From contig CAVDSZ010000001.1 of assembly GCA_963611795.1 (NCBI GenBank), positions 147,501-211,500 of the forward strand: a stretch of 64,000 nucleotides of DNA. Direction: 5' to 3'. This stretch comes from Akkermansia muciniphila. Its GTDB lineage: Bacteria > Bacillota > Clostridia > Oscillospirales > CAG-272. The notes under the pieces were generated by a model. It ran no database searches and was not told the DNA's origin. It worked only from the letters and a program-made list of their open reading frames with translations. The position numbers were made by a program, and so were the translations under genes. Every line of letters begins with the position of its first letter. Position 1 is the stretch's first letter. Positions 40,757-50,205 of this stretch are shown here, piece by piece.

Positions 40757-43063
40757 TCAGACCATGCGAATCAGGTTGCAGGCACCGCCGATCTCGCGGG
40801 CGACGGTGTATTCCCGCCCGCGGCAGGTAAAGACGAAGGTCTGCATACCGTCGCGCTCGGAGAGAGCGGAGAACACTTTCAGCATTGCGTAGCAACGGTC
40901 GTTGTCCTGGTGGGCGAAGCTCTCGTCGAAGCAGACGGGCGGCATCTCACGGAAGAGCAGACGCACGAGCGAGAGACGCAGGGCGATATAGGCGATGTCA
41001 CGCGTGCCGCCCGAGAGGACGTCGACGCTCCGCGTCGCACCGGCACCGGGGAAGGTCATCGTCAGGTCGTCACCGACAGTCATCGCGGTGTACTTGCCGT
41101 CCGTCATGATATCGACCAGTTCTTTCGCGTAGTGTGCGAGGCGCGGTGACAGTTCCGCCCGCAGGCGGAGGTCGGCGCCGGTCAGGGCGCTCAGCGCCGT
41201 GTCGAGGGCGGTATAGCGGCGGCGGAGCTCCGCCAGTTCGTTTTCTGCGGCGGAGAGCTGTTCACCGACCTCTGCCGGGATCTCGGTCTCGGTATGGAGC
41301 GTCTCCATTGCCTGTCGGATCCCCTCGGCGGAGTCCGTGAAATACTGTAGCTGTTCGGTGTAATAGGTGATGCCCTCGTCGATCTGCTCCGGGGTCGTCT
41401 CCGAAAGGGTGGCGCGCAGTCGCTCCGAGAGGGTGGCGCGCAGGGCGTCCTCGTCGCAGGAGGCAAGCGTGGTTTTCAGGATCCCGGCGGTGTTCAGGAG
41501 CGCCGCGCGGCGCTCCGTGAGTTCCCGGTCGGTCTGAATGGCATCACGGACGGAGCCCTCAAAAATGCCGAGAAACTCTTCGGCGTCACCGGCGGCGGGG
41601 AGCGCCTTCCCCCAAAGGGCGAGCGCTTCGTCAAGCACGCCGCGCGCCGTAAAGTAAGCGCCGCGGGTGTCGTCCGCGCGCTCGCGTGCGGCACGCAGAG
41701 CGTCCACATGGGCGGCGACGGAGATGCGGTATTCCGAGACGAGTTTCATGCGGGCGCGCAGTTCCGCGGCGCCGCGGGCGCCGTAGTCGAGGCAGTAAGC
41801 GCGCTCTGTCTCGTGGCGGTTAATGGTGAGCAGGGTCAAAACGACCGCAGCCACGAAGAGGACAACGGAGCCGATGAGCCAGAGGACGAACGGCGCCCCC
41901 GTGAGCGACGACGCAAGGAAGCGCGAGATGCCGACGGCGAGCAGAACAGCGAGCAGAACGGTCACCCCGAGGGTGGAGCCGAGCAGAATCAGGAATTTCG
42001 AGTGCAGCGCCGTGTGGCGTGCGAGTACCTGCCCCTCGCCACCGTATTTATCGGTGCGCTGAATGTTTTTCTGTACATCGTGCGGCACAGCCTGCTTGCC
42101 TTCCAGTTCGCGCTGTGCGTTGTCCGCCGCTTCATAGGCGGTGCGGCTCTCGGAGAAGAGCCGGTGCTTGACCGCGAGGTCGGAGGCGTAGGCATCGTCC
42201 GGGAAGAAGCCCTCGTAGGAGTTGCGCTCCCGGTGGTCGCGGATTTCCTCTTCCAAATCCGCCGCCTGCCGTTCCATGGTATGAAGTTCCTCAAACGAGG
42301 AAAGAATCAGGTGGTTGCGGTAGCCGATTTTGAGTTCCTGCGTGCGGGCAAGCTGCTTTTTTGCGTCGTCGCGCTTGACGACGGTGCGCTCGTATTCGCC
42401 GCGGAGACGGAGCAGTTCGCTCTGCCCGCGCATGGCGGCGGAAAAACGGGAAGCGAGGGCGGCGGAACGCGCCTCCACGTCGCGGAGCCGACCGGACTTA
42501 CCGTCCGGGGCGAGCAGGGAATCCCGCGCGGCACTCAGCCGTTCGATGGCGGCACCGGTATTGATTTTCTCATCGCCGGAGAACATCAGGTTTTCGATTG
42601 ATTCGCGCACCTCGTCGCCGGTCTTTCCGTCCGAGAGTTGACCGAGAAAAGCGGTGGATTCATAGAGCGACCGACCCACGCCGAGCAATGCCTCTCCGGG
42701 GGTCATGCCGAAGTTCACGGGGCGGGAGGTGCCGAGATCCGTCACTTCGCAGGTCTCGGTGTAGCGCACGGCGTCTCCCTCGCCGTGCCTGGCGACGCGG
42801 CGGTCGATGCGGTAACGTCCGGAGGCGGTCGAGAGGGTCATCGACCCCTCTGCCGTGCCGGTCTGCCAGTTGATGCGTTTTTCCCGCTCGGAAAGCAGTC
42901 CCTCGCTCTCGTCGAAGCCGTAGAGCATAAAGCGGATAAAGGCGGCAAGGGTGGTTTTCCCCGTCTCGTTCCCGCCCTCGACGATATTCAGCCCGTTTTC
43001 AAAATTGACGGTGTAATTGCGGAGCAGTCCGAAACTGCGAACGCTGACCTGTTCTAGTTTCAT
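40757..43063 (-). CDS. Rad50/SbcC-like (YhaN-type) AAA ATPase with two central transmembrane helices
   Basis: 768 aa from the ATG at 43063 (AAGGAAGGA SD). Walker A GGNETGKTT, signature LSGGTRD, Walker B VCFDESFAHQD, and long coiled-coil arms. Hydrophobic helices lie at about aa 357-413. Confidence 0.75.
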   Translation of the reverse strand: MKLEQVSVRSFGLLRNYTVNFENGLNIVEGGNETGKTTLAAFIRFMLYGFDESEGLLSEREKRINWQTGTAEGSMTLSTASGRYRIDRRVARHGEGDAVRYTETCEVTDLGTSRPVNFGMTPGEALLGVGRSLYESTAFLGQLSDGKTGDEVRESIENLMFSGDEKINTGAAIERLSAARDSLLAPDGKSGRLRDVEARSAALASRFSAAMRGQSELLRLRGEYERTVVKRDDAKKQLARTQELKIGYRNHLILSSFEELHTMERQAADLEEEIRDHRERNSYEGFFPDDAYASDLAVKHRLFSESRTAYEAADNAQRELEGKQAVPHDVQKNIQRTDKYGGEGQVLARHTALHSKFLILLGSTLGVTVLLAVLLAVGISRFLASSLTGAPFVLWLIGSVVLFVAAVVLTLLTINRHETERAYCLDYGARGAAELRARMKLVSEYRISVAAHVDALRAARERADDTRGAYFTARGVLDEALALWGKALPAAGDAEEFLGIFEGSVRDAIQTDRELTERRAALLNTAGILKTTLASCDEDALRATLSERLRATLSETTPEQIDEGITYYTEQLQYFTDSAEGIRQAMETLHTETEIPAEVGEQLSAAENELAELRRRYTALDTALSALTGADLRLRAELSPRLAHYAKELVDIMTDGKYTAMTVGDDLTMTFPGAGATRSVDVLSGGTRDIAYIALRLSLVRLLFREMPPVCFDESFAHQDNDRCYAMLKVFSALSERDGMQTFVFTCRGREYTVAREIGGACNLIRMV

Positions 43064-43776
43064 TTGCGTTTTCCTTCCTTTGCACAGGCGTCCTCCGCCG
43101 CGAGGAAGCCGACCGTGCGTTCGATTGCGTCTTTCGCGTCGTACCACGGCTCCCCGTCATAGCGGTAATCGAATTTTTTACAGAACCAACTGACGTCTCC
43201 CCGCAGTTTTTCGAGGTACGTCTTCACGGTGTCCGCCATCGTTCGGTAAAACAGCGCGTATGTCTTTTTGGAAAGCCGCGCCCGCCCGACCTCGATGAGG
43301 CGGCGGAAGTGCGGGAGGCAATAGCGCTTCTGCTCTCCGAAGAGGGTACGGAACTCCGGCTCGCCTTCAAAGAGGAGAGCGACCGTTTCGAGCATACGGG
43401 AGAGCGAGGCTTCAATGCGATTGCAGATATAGCAGGAATGTTCGAGCGCGGTCAGGCGCTTGACCGGTTTGTCACCCGGGGTACCGATGAGACCGTCCGC
43501 GAGCATACCCTCGACTTCGGCGAGGTGGGATTCCAGCATTAGGGCGAAGGGGAGACGGTTCTGCCGCGTGAGCATCTTGTCGAAATGGCGGTCGCAGAAT
43601 CCCTCTTCGTTGGTGCGGATGCGTACCGAGGGCTCCATCATGGCGGCGCCGAGGATACGATCAAGTTCATCGTCCTCGAGCTTGCGGTAAAGCGTGCAGA
43701 TTGGGCAGGTGCCGAGCGGCTCCTCGCGGCAGGCACGGAACGCCTCGTTAACGGGTATGGTGTAAATCTGCTCCAT
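43060..43776 (-). CDS. Cys-rich protein with duplicated CxxC...CxxHF modules (DUF6062-like from memory)
   Basis: 238 aa from the ATG at 43776 (GGAG SD). The modules are CPIC-x33-CDRHF and CYIC-x34-CLPHF. Its stop overlaps the ATPase start (ATGA). Confidence 0.6.
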   Translation of the reverse strand: MEQIYTIPVNEAFRACREEPLGTCPICTLYRKLEDDELDRILGAAMMEPSVRIRTNEEGFCDRHFDKMLTRQNRLPFALMLESHLAEVEGMLADGLIGTPGDKPVKRLTALEHSCYICNRIEASLSRMLETVALLFEGEPEFRTLFGEQKRYCLPHFRRLIEVGRARLSKKTYALFYRTMADTVKTYLEKLRGDVSWFCKKFDYRYDGEPWYDAKDAIERTVGFLAAEDACAKEGKRK

Positions 43777-43941
43777 GACGGCTCCTTTCGGTCGTTTCGG
43801 AGATTTTTGAACGGCGTACAAAGTCGGTTCGGTGGGGGGCGGTTAGGGCGCAAAGACGCAAAGACGCAAAGACGCGTCTGCCGACTCGCGCGGGTGAAAC
43901 CTGCGCGCCGCGGGCGCGCGTAAATGCGACTATATATAAGC

Positions 43942-43970
43942 ATTATAACGCACGCATCACGCTTTTGCAA
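43942..43970 (-). promoter_or_regulatory. Sigma-A promoter of the Cys-rich/ATPase operon
   Basis: Minus strand reads TTGCAA (43970-43965), 17-nt spacer, TATAAT (43947-43942). This implies a leader of about 158 nt. Confidence 0.65.
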
Positions 43971-44167
43971 GAGGAGAAAACCAAAATCCGACAGGCTTTT
44001 TGCGTTTCGAGGCGGGTCGTTCATCGGGCACATCGTCGGTACACGTCACCGGTACACGGCGACCTCGTGACAAGCCCCGACAACGTATCAAGAGGTTCGG
44101 CACGGCGGGTCGGCAGTCGCACAGGGAATGATGCCGCGATGCCCCCGGCGTCGGACAGAAAAAACGG

Positions 44168-44217
44168 CGAAAATAAAACAAAAAAACAGAGAGGAGCCAA
44201 GAAAACCGGGCTCCTCT
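44168..44217 (-). terminator. infB terminator
   Basis: Stem AGAGGAGCC / GGCTCCTCT followed on the minus strand by CTGTTTTTTTGTTTTATTTT. Confidence 0.85.
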
Positions 44218-44335
44218 TTGCGATATTTGATTTGGATTCTGTTCCTTTTCGGGAAGTATCCGCAGGGCGTTCACCCGTGAAAAACGTTCGGAGGGGACGC
44301 CGGGGGGGCGTTTCGTTCGTTGTATCCGCGACGGG

Positions 44336-47218
44336 TTACTGCGGAATCTCCTCCATGATGAAGGCCTCGTAGGTGTCGCCGACTTTCACGTCGTTGAAGG
44401 TCTTGAGTCCTACGCCGCATTCGTAGCCCGCGGCGACTTCTTTCGCGTCGTCCTTGAAACGTTTTAGGGACGCAATCTCGTCCTCGCAAATCAGCACGCC
44501 GTCGCGCACGATACGAATCTTGGCGTGGCGGGCAATCTTCCCGTCGAGGACATAGCATCCAGCAATGGTGCCGACGTTCGGAACGCGAATGGTCTGACGG
44601 CATTCGGCGTGCCCGAGGAGTACTTCGCGGTACTTGGGTGCGAGCATTCCTTTCAGCGCTGCCTGTACTTCGTCAATGCAGTCGTAGATGACGCGGTAGG
44701 TGCGGATATCGACCCCCTGCCTCTCGGCACTATCGAGTGCGGTCTTGTCGGGGCGGACATTGAAGCCGACGATAATCGCCTGCGATGCCGCGGCGAGCAT
44801 GACGTCGCCCTCCGTGATACCGCCGACGGCGGCGTGAATGATATTGACCTTGACCTCGTCGTTCGAGAGCTTCAGGAGCGACTGCTTGACAGCCTCGGTG
44901 GAGCCGCCGACATCTGCCTTGACGACGATGTTCAGGTTCTTGACGCCCTCGGCGATCTGATCGAACAGGGCATCGAGCGAGACGCGTGCCGTCGCCTTGA
45001 ATTCTTCCTGGCGAGCTTGCTCGCGGCGCTGTTCCGCAAGGCTGCGCGCCATTTTCTCGTCCTCGACGGCGTTGAACTCGTCACCCGACATGGGGACTTC
45101 GGAGAGACCGATAATCTCGGCGGGGACGCTCGGTCCCGCGACCTTCATCTGCTCGCCGCGTTCGTTTGACATGGCGCGGACACGTCCGACGGCGGTACCC
45201 GCGATGACGATATCGCCCGTGTGGAGCGTACCGTTCTGCACAAGGACGGTGGCGACAGGTCCGCGCCCCTTGTCGAGACGCGACTCGATGACAAGACCCT
45301 TGGCACGGCGGTTCGGGTTGGCCTTCAGTTCCTTGACCTCCGCCACGAGCAGGACGGATTCCAGGAGCTTATCGATGTTCATACCGGTCATGGCGGATAC
45401 GGGCACGCAGATGACGTCGCCGCCCCACTCTTCGGGGACGAGATCGTACTTGGTGAGTTCCTGCATGACCTGATCGGGGTTGGCGTGCGGCTTATCCATC
45501 TTATTGATAGCGACGATGATGTCGACGCCCGCCGCTTTCGCGTGGTTAATCGCCTCGATGGTTTGCGGCATGATGCCGTCATCGGCGGCGACGACCAGAA
45601 TCGCGATATCGGTCGCCTGCGCGCCTCTTGCACGCATGGCGGTAAAGGCTTCGTGCCCCGGTGTGTCGAGGAAGGTAATCTCTTTCTCCTGCACGGTAAC
45701 GCGGTATGCGCCGATGTGCTGGGTGATGCCGCCCGCCTCGCCCTTGGTCACACTGGTGTGACGGATTGCGTCGAGCAGGGAAGTTTTACCGTGGTCGACG
45801 TGACCCATGACGCAGACGACAGGGCTGCGCTCCACGAGGTTCTCGTCGGTGTCCTCTTCGGTCTCAAAGAGGCGTTCCTCAATCGTGACGACGACCTCTT
45901 TCGTGACTTTGACATTGAATTCTTCTGCGATGAGGTAGGCAGTATCGTAGTCAATCTCGTCCGTGACCTTGACCATCATGCCGTTCATCATGAGTTTCTT
46001 CATGACCTCGGCGGCGGTCTTCTTCATGCGGGAGGCGAACTCACCGACCGAGATGGTGTCGGGGACGGTGATTTCAAGCTGTTTTTTGCGTGCCTGCTCG
46101 AGCTGCATTCTGCGAATGCGCTCCTGCGCGGCGCGCTCTTTCTCCCGGACGTTCTTGCCCTGGGAGCGGGTGTCCTGTTTTTTGAGCTTTTGTCTGCCCG
46201 AATCACGGTCGGTCCTGCCGGCGGTGGCATAGCGTGAGACGAGACGCTCGTCGTATCTGCCGAGGTCGACCTGTGTCGTGCGGGTGTCGACGATACGCAC
46301 TTTCGGCTCTGTCGCGACGACTGTCTCGGCAGTGCCGTCTCCGGCGCCGCCGGAAACGATAATGCGATTCTTGCGTTCTTCGCGTTTCTCGGGCTTTTCG
46401 GGTTTCTGCGGCTTGACGGCGGCAGGCGCCCCCTCACCGGGTTTGCGCTCGAAACGGCTGAAGCGATCGACAGGCTCTTTTTTCTTAATCGGCTTGAACT
46501 CGCGCGCGGGCGTTGTTGCCGCGGCGGGTGCGGTCTGTGCCGCCTGCGCCGACTGTGCGGCTGCCTGTGCGCGCTTGGCTTCCTGCGCGGCGGCGGCAGG
46601 GGTCGCCGTGATGTCAATCTTCGGCTCCGGGCGACTTGCCTGCTCGCGACGGAACTGTTCCATGCGGCGGGCGATGTCCTCCTGGCTGACCGGCTTACGT
46701 CTCTCGGGGCGCGCCGGTGCGTTCTGCTGTCCGCGAGTCTCCTGGCGTCGGTCGGCACCGTTCATCGGGCGACGGTCGCCCGGGCGGTTCTGCCCCGGCT
46801 GTCCCGCCACGGGAGCTCCGCCCGAGGGGCGTCCGGTCTGTGCCGGGCGTGCGGCGGCGTGATTCTTCGGGACGGTATAGCGCGGCTCCTCCGGCTTTTT
46901 CGGTGCCTCGGGTGCCGACGTCGGTTTCTTCGGCGCCTGCGGCGCTGCGGCGGGGGCGGCTTTCTGCGGTGCGGGGGCAGGAGTCTTCGCTTTCGGTTCC
47001 GCCTTGGGGAGATCGCTCTTTAAGGTCGCTTTCCCCGCAAGGTAGTCCTCGAGATTCTCGATTTGGTTTTGCGCCGTGATGAGCGCGAGGAACACTTCGT
47101 ATTCCTCTCCATCAATCGTGCCGCCGACATTCTTCTTGATGCCGACGGTGTCGAGCAGCGCCACGAGGTCTTTCGCAGCGATCCCGAAGTCCTTCGCAAT
47201 TCCGTTGATTTTTGCCAT
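44336..47218 (-). CDS. infB: Translation initiation factor IF-2
   Basis: 960 aa from the ATG at 47218 ([12 protein letters not shown]...). Low-complexity A/P/Q/K-rich N-region. GTPase domain [26 protein letters not shown]. Confidence 0.95.
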   Translation of the reverse strand: MAKINGIAKDFGIAAKDLVALLDTVGIKKNVGGTIDGEEYEVFLALITAQNQIENLEDYLAGKATLKSDLPKAEPKAKTPAPAPQKAAPAAAPQAPKKPTSAPEAPKKPEEPRYTVPKNHAAARPAQTGRPSGGAPVAGQPGQNRPGDRRPMNGADRRQETRGQQNAPARPERRKPVSQEDIARRMEQFRREQASRPEPKIDITATPAAAAQEAKRAQAAAQSAQAAQTAPAAATTPAREFKPIKKKEPVDRFSRFERKPGEGAPAAVKPQKPEKPEKREERKNRIIVSGGAGDGTAETVVATEPKVRIVDTRTTQVDLGRYDERLVSRYATAGRTDRDSGRQKLKKQDTRSQGKNVREKERAAQERIRRMQLEQARKKQLEITVPDTISVGEFASRMKKTAAEVMKKLMMNGMMVKVTDEIDYDTAYLIAEEFNVKVTKEVVVTIEERLFETEEDTDENLVERSPVVCVMGHVDHGKTSLLDAIRHTSVTKGEAGGITQHIGAYRVTVQEKEITFLDTPGHEAFTAMRARGAQATDIAILVVAADDGIMPQTIEAINHAKAAGVDIIVAINKMDKPHANPDQVMQELTKYDLVPEEWGGDVICVPVSAMTGMNIDKLLESVLLVAEVKELKANPNRRAKGLVIESRLDKGRGPVATVLVQNGTLHTGDIVIAGTAVGRVRAMSNERGEQMKVAGPSVPAEIIGLSEVPMSGDEFNAVEDEKMARSLAEQRREQARQEEFKATARVSLDALFDQIAEGVKNLNIVVKADVGGSTEAVKQSLLKLSNDEVKVNIIHAAVGGITEGDVMLAAASQAIIVGFNVRPDKTALDSAERQGVDIRTYRVIYDCIDEVQAALKGMLAPKYREVLLGHAECRQTIRVPNVGTIAGCYVLDGKIARHAKIRIVRDGVLICEDEIASLKRFKDDAKEVAAGYECGVGLKTFNDVKVGDTYEAFIMEEIPQ

Positions 47219-47273
47219 AGTCAAATTCCCGACCCCGAAAAGGGTCGTCCCCCGCACCGGGGAATCCTTTCTC

Positions 47274-47603
47274 TTACTTGCACTCCTGCCGTAACTGATC
47301 GGCAAAACCGCCGTCCGTGATGCCGACCGACACGAGCGGGCGGGCGGTACCGAGCAGGTGCCCGAGTACCTCCGGCGCTACATCGACCGTGAGGCAGGGA
47401 ATGTTGTAAAAACTGCTTTTATGAGAGAGCCGCCGCAGCGTCCCGTCGGACGCACCAGAGGAAACAAGGATTAGGACGGGTTTCTTCTTTGCCCGCATCT
47501 GCTCGCAGATCACTTCGGTGCCGAGCACCGTTTTTCCAGCCTTCCTTGCCAGCCCCAGCATCCTGAGAAACCGTTCGGTGACTTCGTGAGACGCCTTACA
47601 CAT
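47274..47603 (-). CDS. ylxQ: L7Ae-family RNA-binding protein YlxQ
   Basis: About 109 aa with [13 protein letters not shown], in the canonical position between ylxR and infB. The start could be the ATG at 47603 or the TTG at 47612. Confidence 0.75.
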   Translation of the reverse strand: MCKASHEVTERFLRMLGLARKAGKTVLGTEVICEQMRAKKKPVLILVSSGASDGTLRRLSHKSSFYNIPCLTVDVAPEVLGHLLGTARPLVSVGITDGGFADQLRQECK

Positions 47604-47868
47604 CGGCGGCAATCTCCGCTTCCAACTTGTCGTAAATCAGAGCGGGTATCTCACATTCGAGGTTTTGCGCCAGTCGGTTGGACTTGCGCGCGCGCTTGAG
47701 ACACTCGACGCTGTGGCAGAGGTACGCCCCGCGCCCGGATTTTTTACCCGTGCGGTCGAGGGAGATTTTTCCCTCCGGCGACCGGACCACGCGAATGAGC
47801 TGTGCTTTGGGGAACCGTTCCCCGCACCCGATACAGCGCCGTTCGGGGATTTTTCTGACGCCCGCCAT
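47596..47868 (-). CDS. ylxR: YlxR/RnpM (DUF448) RNA-binding protein
   Basis: 90 aa with motif RRCIGCGERFPKAQLIRVV...GRGAYLC. Its ATG overlaps the nusA stop (TAATG). Confidence 0.85.
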   Translation of the reverse strand: MAGVRKIPERRCIGCGERFPKAQLIRVVRSPEGKISLDRTGKKSGRGAYLCHSVECLKRARKSNRLAQNLECEIPALIYDKLEAEIAADV

Positions 47869-48893
47869 TATGCTTTGATGTCAATCTTATAGCCGGTCAG
47901 GCGCGCCGCGAGTTTCGCGTTCTGCCCCTCACGACCGATAGCAAGCGAGAGTTGGTTCGGCGCGACGGTGACACGCGCAGAGCGCTCGCCGTCGATGACG
48001 ACCCCGAGAACCTCCGCCGGCGAGAGAGCCTCGCGAATGTATTCGGCAGGGTCTTCGGAGTAGCGGATAATGTCGATTTTTTCGTTGCCGAGCTCCTCGA
48101 GGATTGCGTTGATACGCATGCCGCGGTTACCGATGCAGGCGCCGATCGGATCGACGTTCGGGTCGGTCGAGTACACGGCAATCTTGGAGCGGCTGCCCGC
48201 CTCGCGGGAGACACCGGCGATGACGACCGTGCCGTCCTGAATTTCGGGGATTTCCATTTCAAAGAGACGCTTGACAAAGCCGGGATGAGTCCGGGAGAGG
48301 TCGACAATGGGACCGCGGGTATCGACCGAGCGCACCTCGGAGACGTACACCTTGAGTCTGTCGCCGACTTTGAAGTCGTCGGTCGGGAGCTGCAGGTTGC
48401 GGGGCAGGCGCACCATGCCGTTCTGCGTTTCGAGCGTCAGGTCGCCGGTCATGTCGTCCACCTTGAAAACGGTGGCAGTGATGAGGTCTTCTTTCTTGTC
48501 CTCGTAGGCGCGCGCCATATTGTTGCGCTCCGCTTCGCGTACCGCCTGAATGATAATCTGCTTCCCGGCGGTGGCGGACAGGCGGCGGAAGGTATCGGGG
48601 GAGACTTTCTCCTCGACGATCGAGCCGATCTTGTGCCGCTTGGATTTGGTCTTGGCGTCTTCGAGAGAGATTTCGCAAATCGGATCCGTTACGGTCTCGA
48701 CCACTTCTCTCTGCAGGTAGACTTTCATATCCCGCTTGACGGGGTCGAGGACGATGCGCGAGCGCGCCGTGGGGCCGACCTCCCGTTCAATGGCTTTCTG
48801 GAGCGCGCCCTCGATTTTCTCGAGCATGTAATCTGCGGGAATCCCCTTCGCGCTTTCCAGTTCCGCGAGGGCATCAAACAGTTTGGCGTTCAT
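47868..48893 (-). CDS. nusA: Transcription termination/antitermination factor NusA
   Basis: 341 aa with N-terminal domain, S1 domain (VFKVDDMTGDLTLE) and two KH domains (GACIGNRGMRI, AIGREGQNAKLAARLTG). Confidence 0.95.
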   Translation of the reverse strand: MNAKLFDALAELESAKGIPADYMLEKIEGALQKAIEREVGPTARSRIVLDPVKRDMKVYLQREVVETVTDPICEISLEDAKTKSKRHKIGSIVEEKVSPDTFRRLSATAGKQIIIQAVREAERNNMARAYEDKKEDLITATVFKVDDMTGDLTLETQNGMVRLPRNLQLPTDDFKVGDRLKVYVSEVRSVDTRGPIVDLSRTHPGFVKRLFEMEIPEIQDGTVVIAGVSREAGSRSKIAVYSTDPNVDPIGACIGNRGMRINAILEELGNEKIDIIRYSEDPAEYIREALSPAEVLGVVIDGERSARVTVAPNQLSLAIGREGQNAKLAARLTGYKIDIKA

Positions 48894-48935
48894 GGATGTA
48901 TCCTTTCTTTATCCTGTTACACTTCAAAATCAAAA

Positions 48936-49397
48936 TCAGTCAAAGTAAACGGTGCGGAGCTTGGAGACCGATTGCCGCGGGCATTTGACGGCGCCGGCAC
49001 CGGTGTCGATCGAGAGCACGCCGTCCGCGTAGTCGAGGAGCGTCCCGCGCAGGGTCTTCTGACCGTCCAGCGGGGCGAACAGCTTTGCCTCGCACCGCTC
49101 ACCGAGGCTGTCGAGAATGTGTGCGTCGGTCCGAAGCTCGCGCTCAATCCCGGGGGATGAGACATCGAGATGATAGGCTTCCTCAATCGGGTCGTTCTCG
49201 TCGAGAATCTTGTCGACGGCGCGATGCACCGTTTCACACGCGTTGAGATCCACGCCGGTATCCGAGTCAATCGTGATGATGAGATGCCGGTCGGCACCGA
49301 TCTTGGTGAACTCCACGTCCCAGAGCCGGTAGCCGAGTGCCTCGACGGTGCCCGCAATCAGCGCGCGTACAGTCTCGGCGATATTGGTCTTTGCCAT
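48936..49397 (-). CDS. rimP: Ribosome maturation factor RimP
   Basis: 153 aa with the RimP pattern (LGYRLWDVEF...HLDVSSPGIEREL). First gene of the nusA-infB operon. Confidence 0.9.
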   Translation of the reverse strand: MAKTNIAETVRALIAGTVEALGYRLWDVEFTKIGADRHLIITIDSDTGVDLNACETVHRAVDKILDENDPIEEAYHLDVSSPGIERELRTDAHILDSLGERCEAKLFAPLDGQKTLRGTLLDYADGVLSIDTGAGAVKCPRQSVSKLRTVYFD

Positions 49398-49494
49398 AAT
49401 GCCTCCGCTCGTGCGGTACGGCGGGGCAAAATGGCCCGCATAAAATTAAGAGTGAACCGAAGCCCACTCTTAACCATACCGTATTCTGTATTGT

Positions 49495-49523
49495 AGTATA
49501 ACACGTTCTTTTGATAATTGCAA
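49495..49523 (-). promoter_or_regulatory. Sigma-A promoter of the rimP-nusA-infB operon
   Basis: Minus strand reads TTGCAA (49523-49518), 17-nt spacer, TATACT (49500-49495), in the only AT-rich patch upstream of rimP. Confidence 0.65.
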
Positions 49524-49760
49524 TACTTTCTACAAAAAATATAAAAGAATCTAATTCGCGCCCGCGTGTGAGCATCAAAATGAGCGCGGAAGAGGGGCTT
49601 CGTTCACGGAAAAGAGGCGCCGTTCCCGGGCGGCGGTCGGAGAATGCCGCTCGCCTGCGGGAGCGGTCGACGGAGCATCGGTTCGTGATTGCAGCCGTAG
49701 ACGTCCATCGGCGCGGCGCAGAGTCGTGCGTCGTTCGGTTTCCGACCGGGGAAGCGAAGA

Positions 49761-49785
49761 ATACCCCCGCCGGCGGCGGGGGTAT
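49761..49785 (-). terminator. Hairpin terminator after the CBS gene
   Basis: 11-bp stem ATACCCCCGCC / GGCGGGGGTAT with a 3-nt loop, located 4 nt after the CBS gene stop. Both strands have partial T-tracts. Confidence 0.6.
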
Positions 49786-49788
49786 GGT

Positions 49789-50205
49789 TCAGTTTTTCTT
49801 CGCGGCGACGCGCAGATAGCGCTTCGAAAAATATTCGATGACGTCTTTGCGGCGAATCAGCCCGATGAAGCAGTCGCGGTCGTCGATGACCGGCACGAAG
49901 TTGTTTTCCTTGACGCGTTCGAGCAGCTCTGTCATGGGGGCGGAGTTCTTGACCGGGGGATTGTCGCTACGGATTAGGGTCGAGAGGGGAATGTCCTCGA
50001 GGGCGACGAGGTCGGCGGCGCGGTCGACGATGAGCCAGAGAAAATCGCCGTCGCGCACCATGCCGACGTATCTGCCCTCTGCGTCGATGACAGGCAGGGC
50101 GTTATAACCGTGGTAGCGCATTTTTTCGAGCCCCTGTCTTGCGGAGCAGTCTTTCATAATGAAAGCGACCTGACTTTTCGGGGTGAGAAAGCGCAGAATA
50201 TTCAT
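49789..50205 (-). CDS. CBS-domain pair protein
   Basis: 138 aa containing two CBS repeats (...ALPVIDAEGRYVGMV... and ...FVPVIDDRDCFIGLI...). Its ATG overlaps the coaW stop. Confidence 0.8.
   Translation of the reverse strand: MNILRFLTPKSQVAFIMKDCSARQGLEKMRYHGYNALPVIDAEGRYVGMVRDGDFLWLIVDRAADLVALEDIPLSTLIRSDNPPVKNSAPMTELLERVKENNFVPVIDDRDCFIGLIRRKDVIEYFSKRYLRVAAKKN

Noticed and set aside
44037-44058. Direct repeat CGGTACACG x2 (44037-44045 and 44050-44058), upstream of the Cys-rich/ATPase promoter.
   Set aside because: Two 9-mers about 70-90 bp from the -35 are too short to distinguish from chance without comparative data.
49511-49819. 102-aa ORF in the spacer between the rimP promoter and the CBS gene.
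   Set aside because: It is Arg-rich with non-coding-like composition. Its start lies upstream of any plausible plus-strand TSS, and the internal ATG lacks an SD. The region is discussed only as a possible non-coding RNA.
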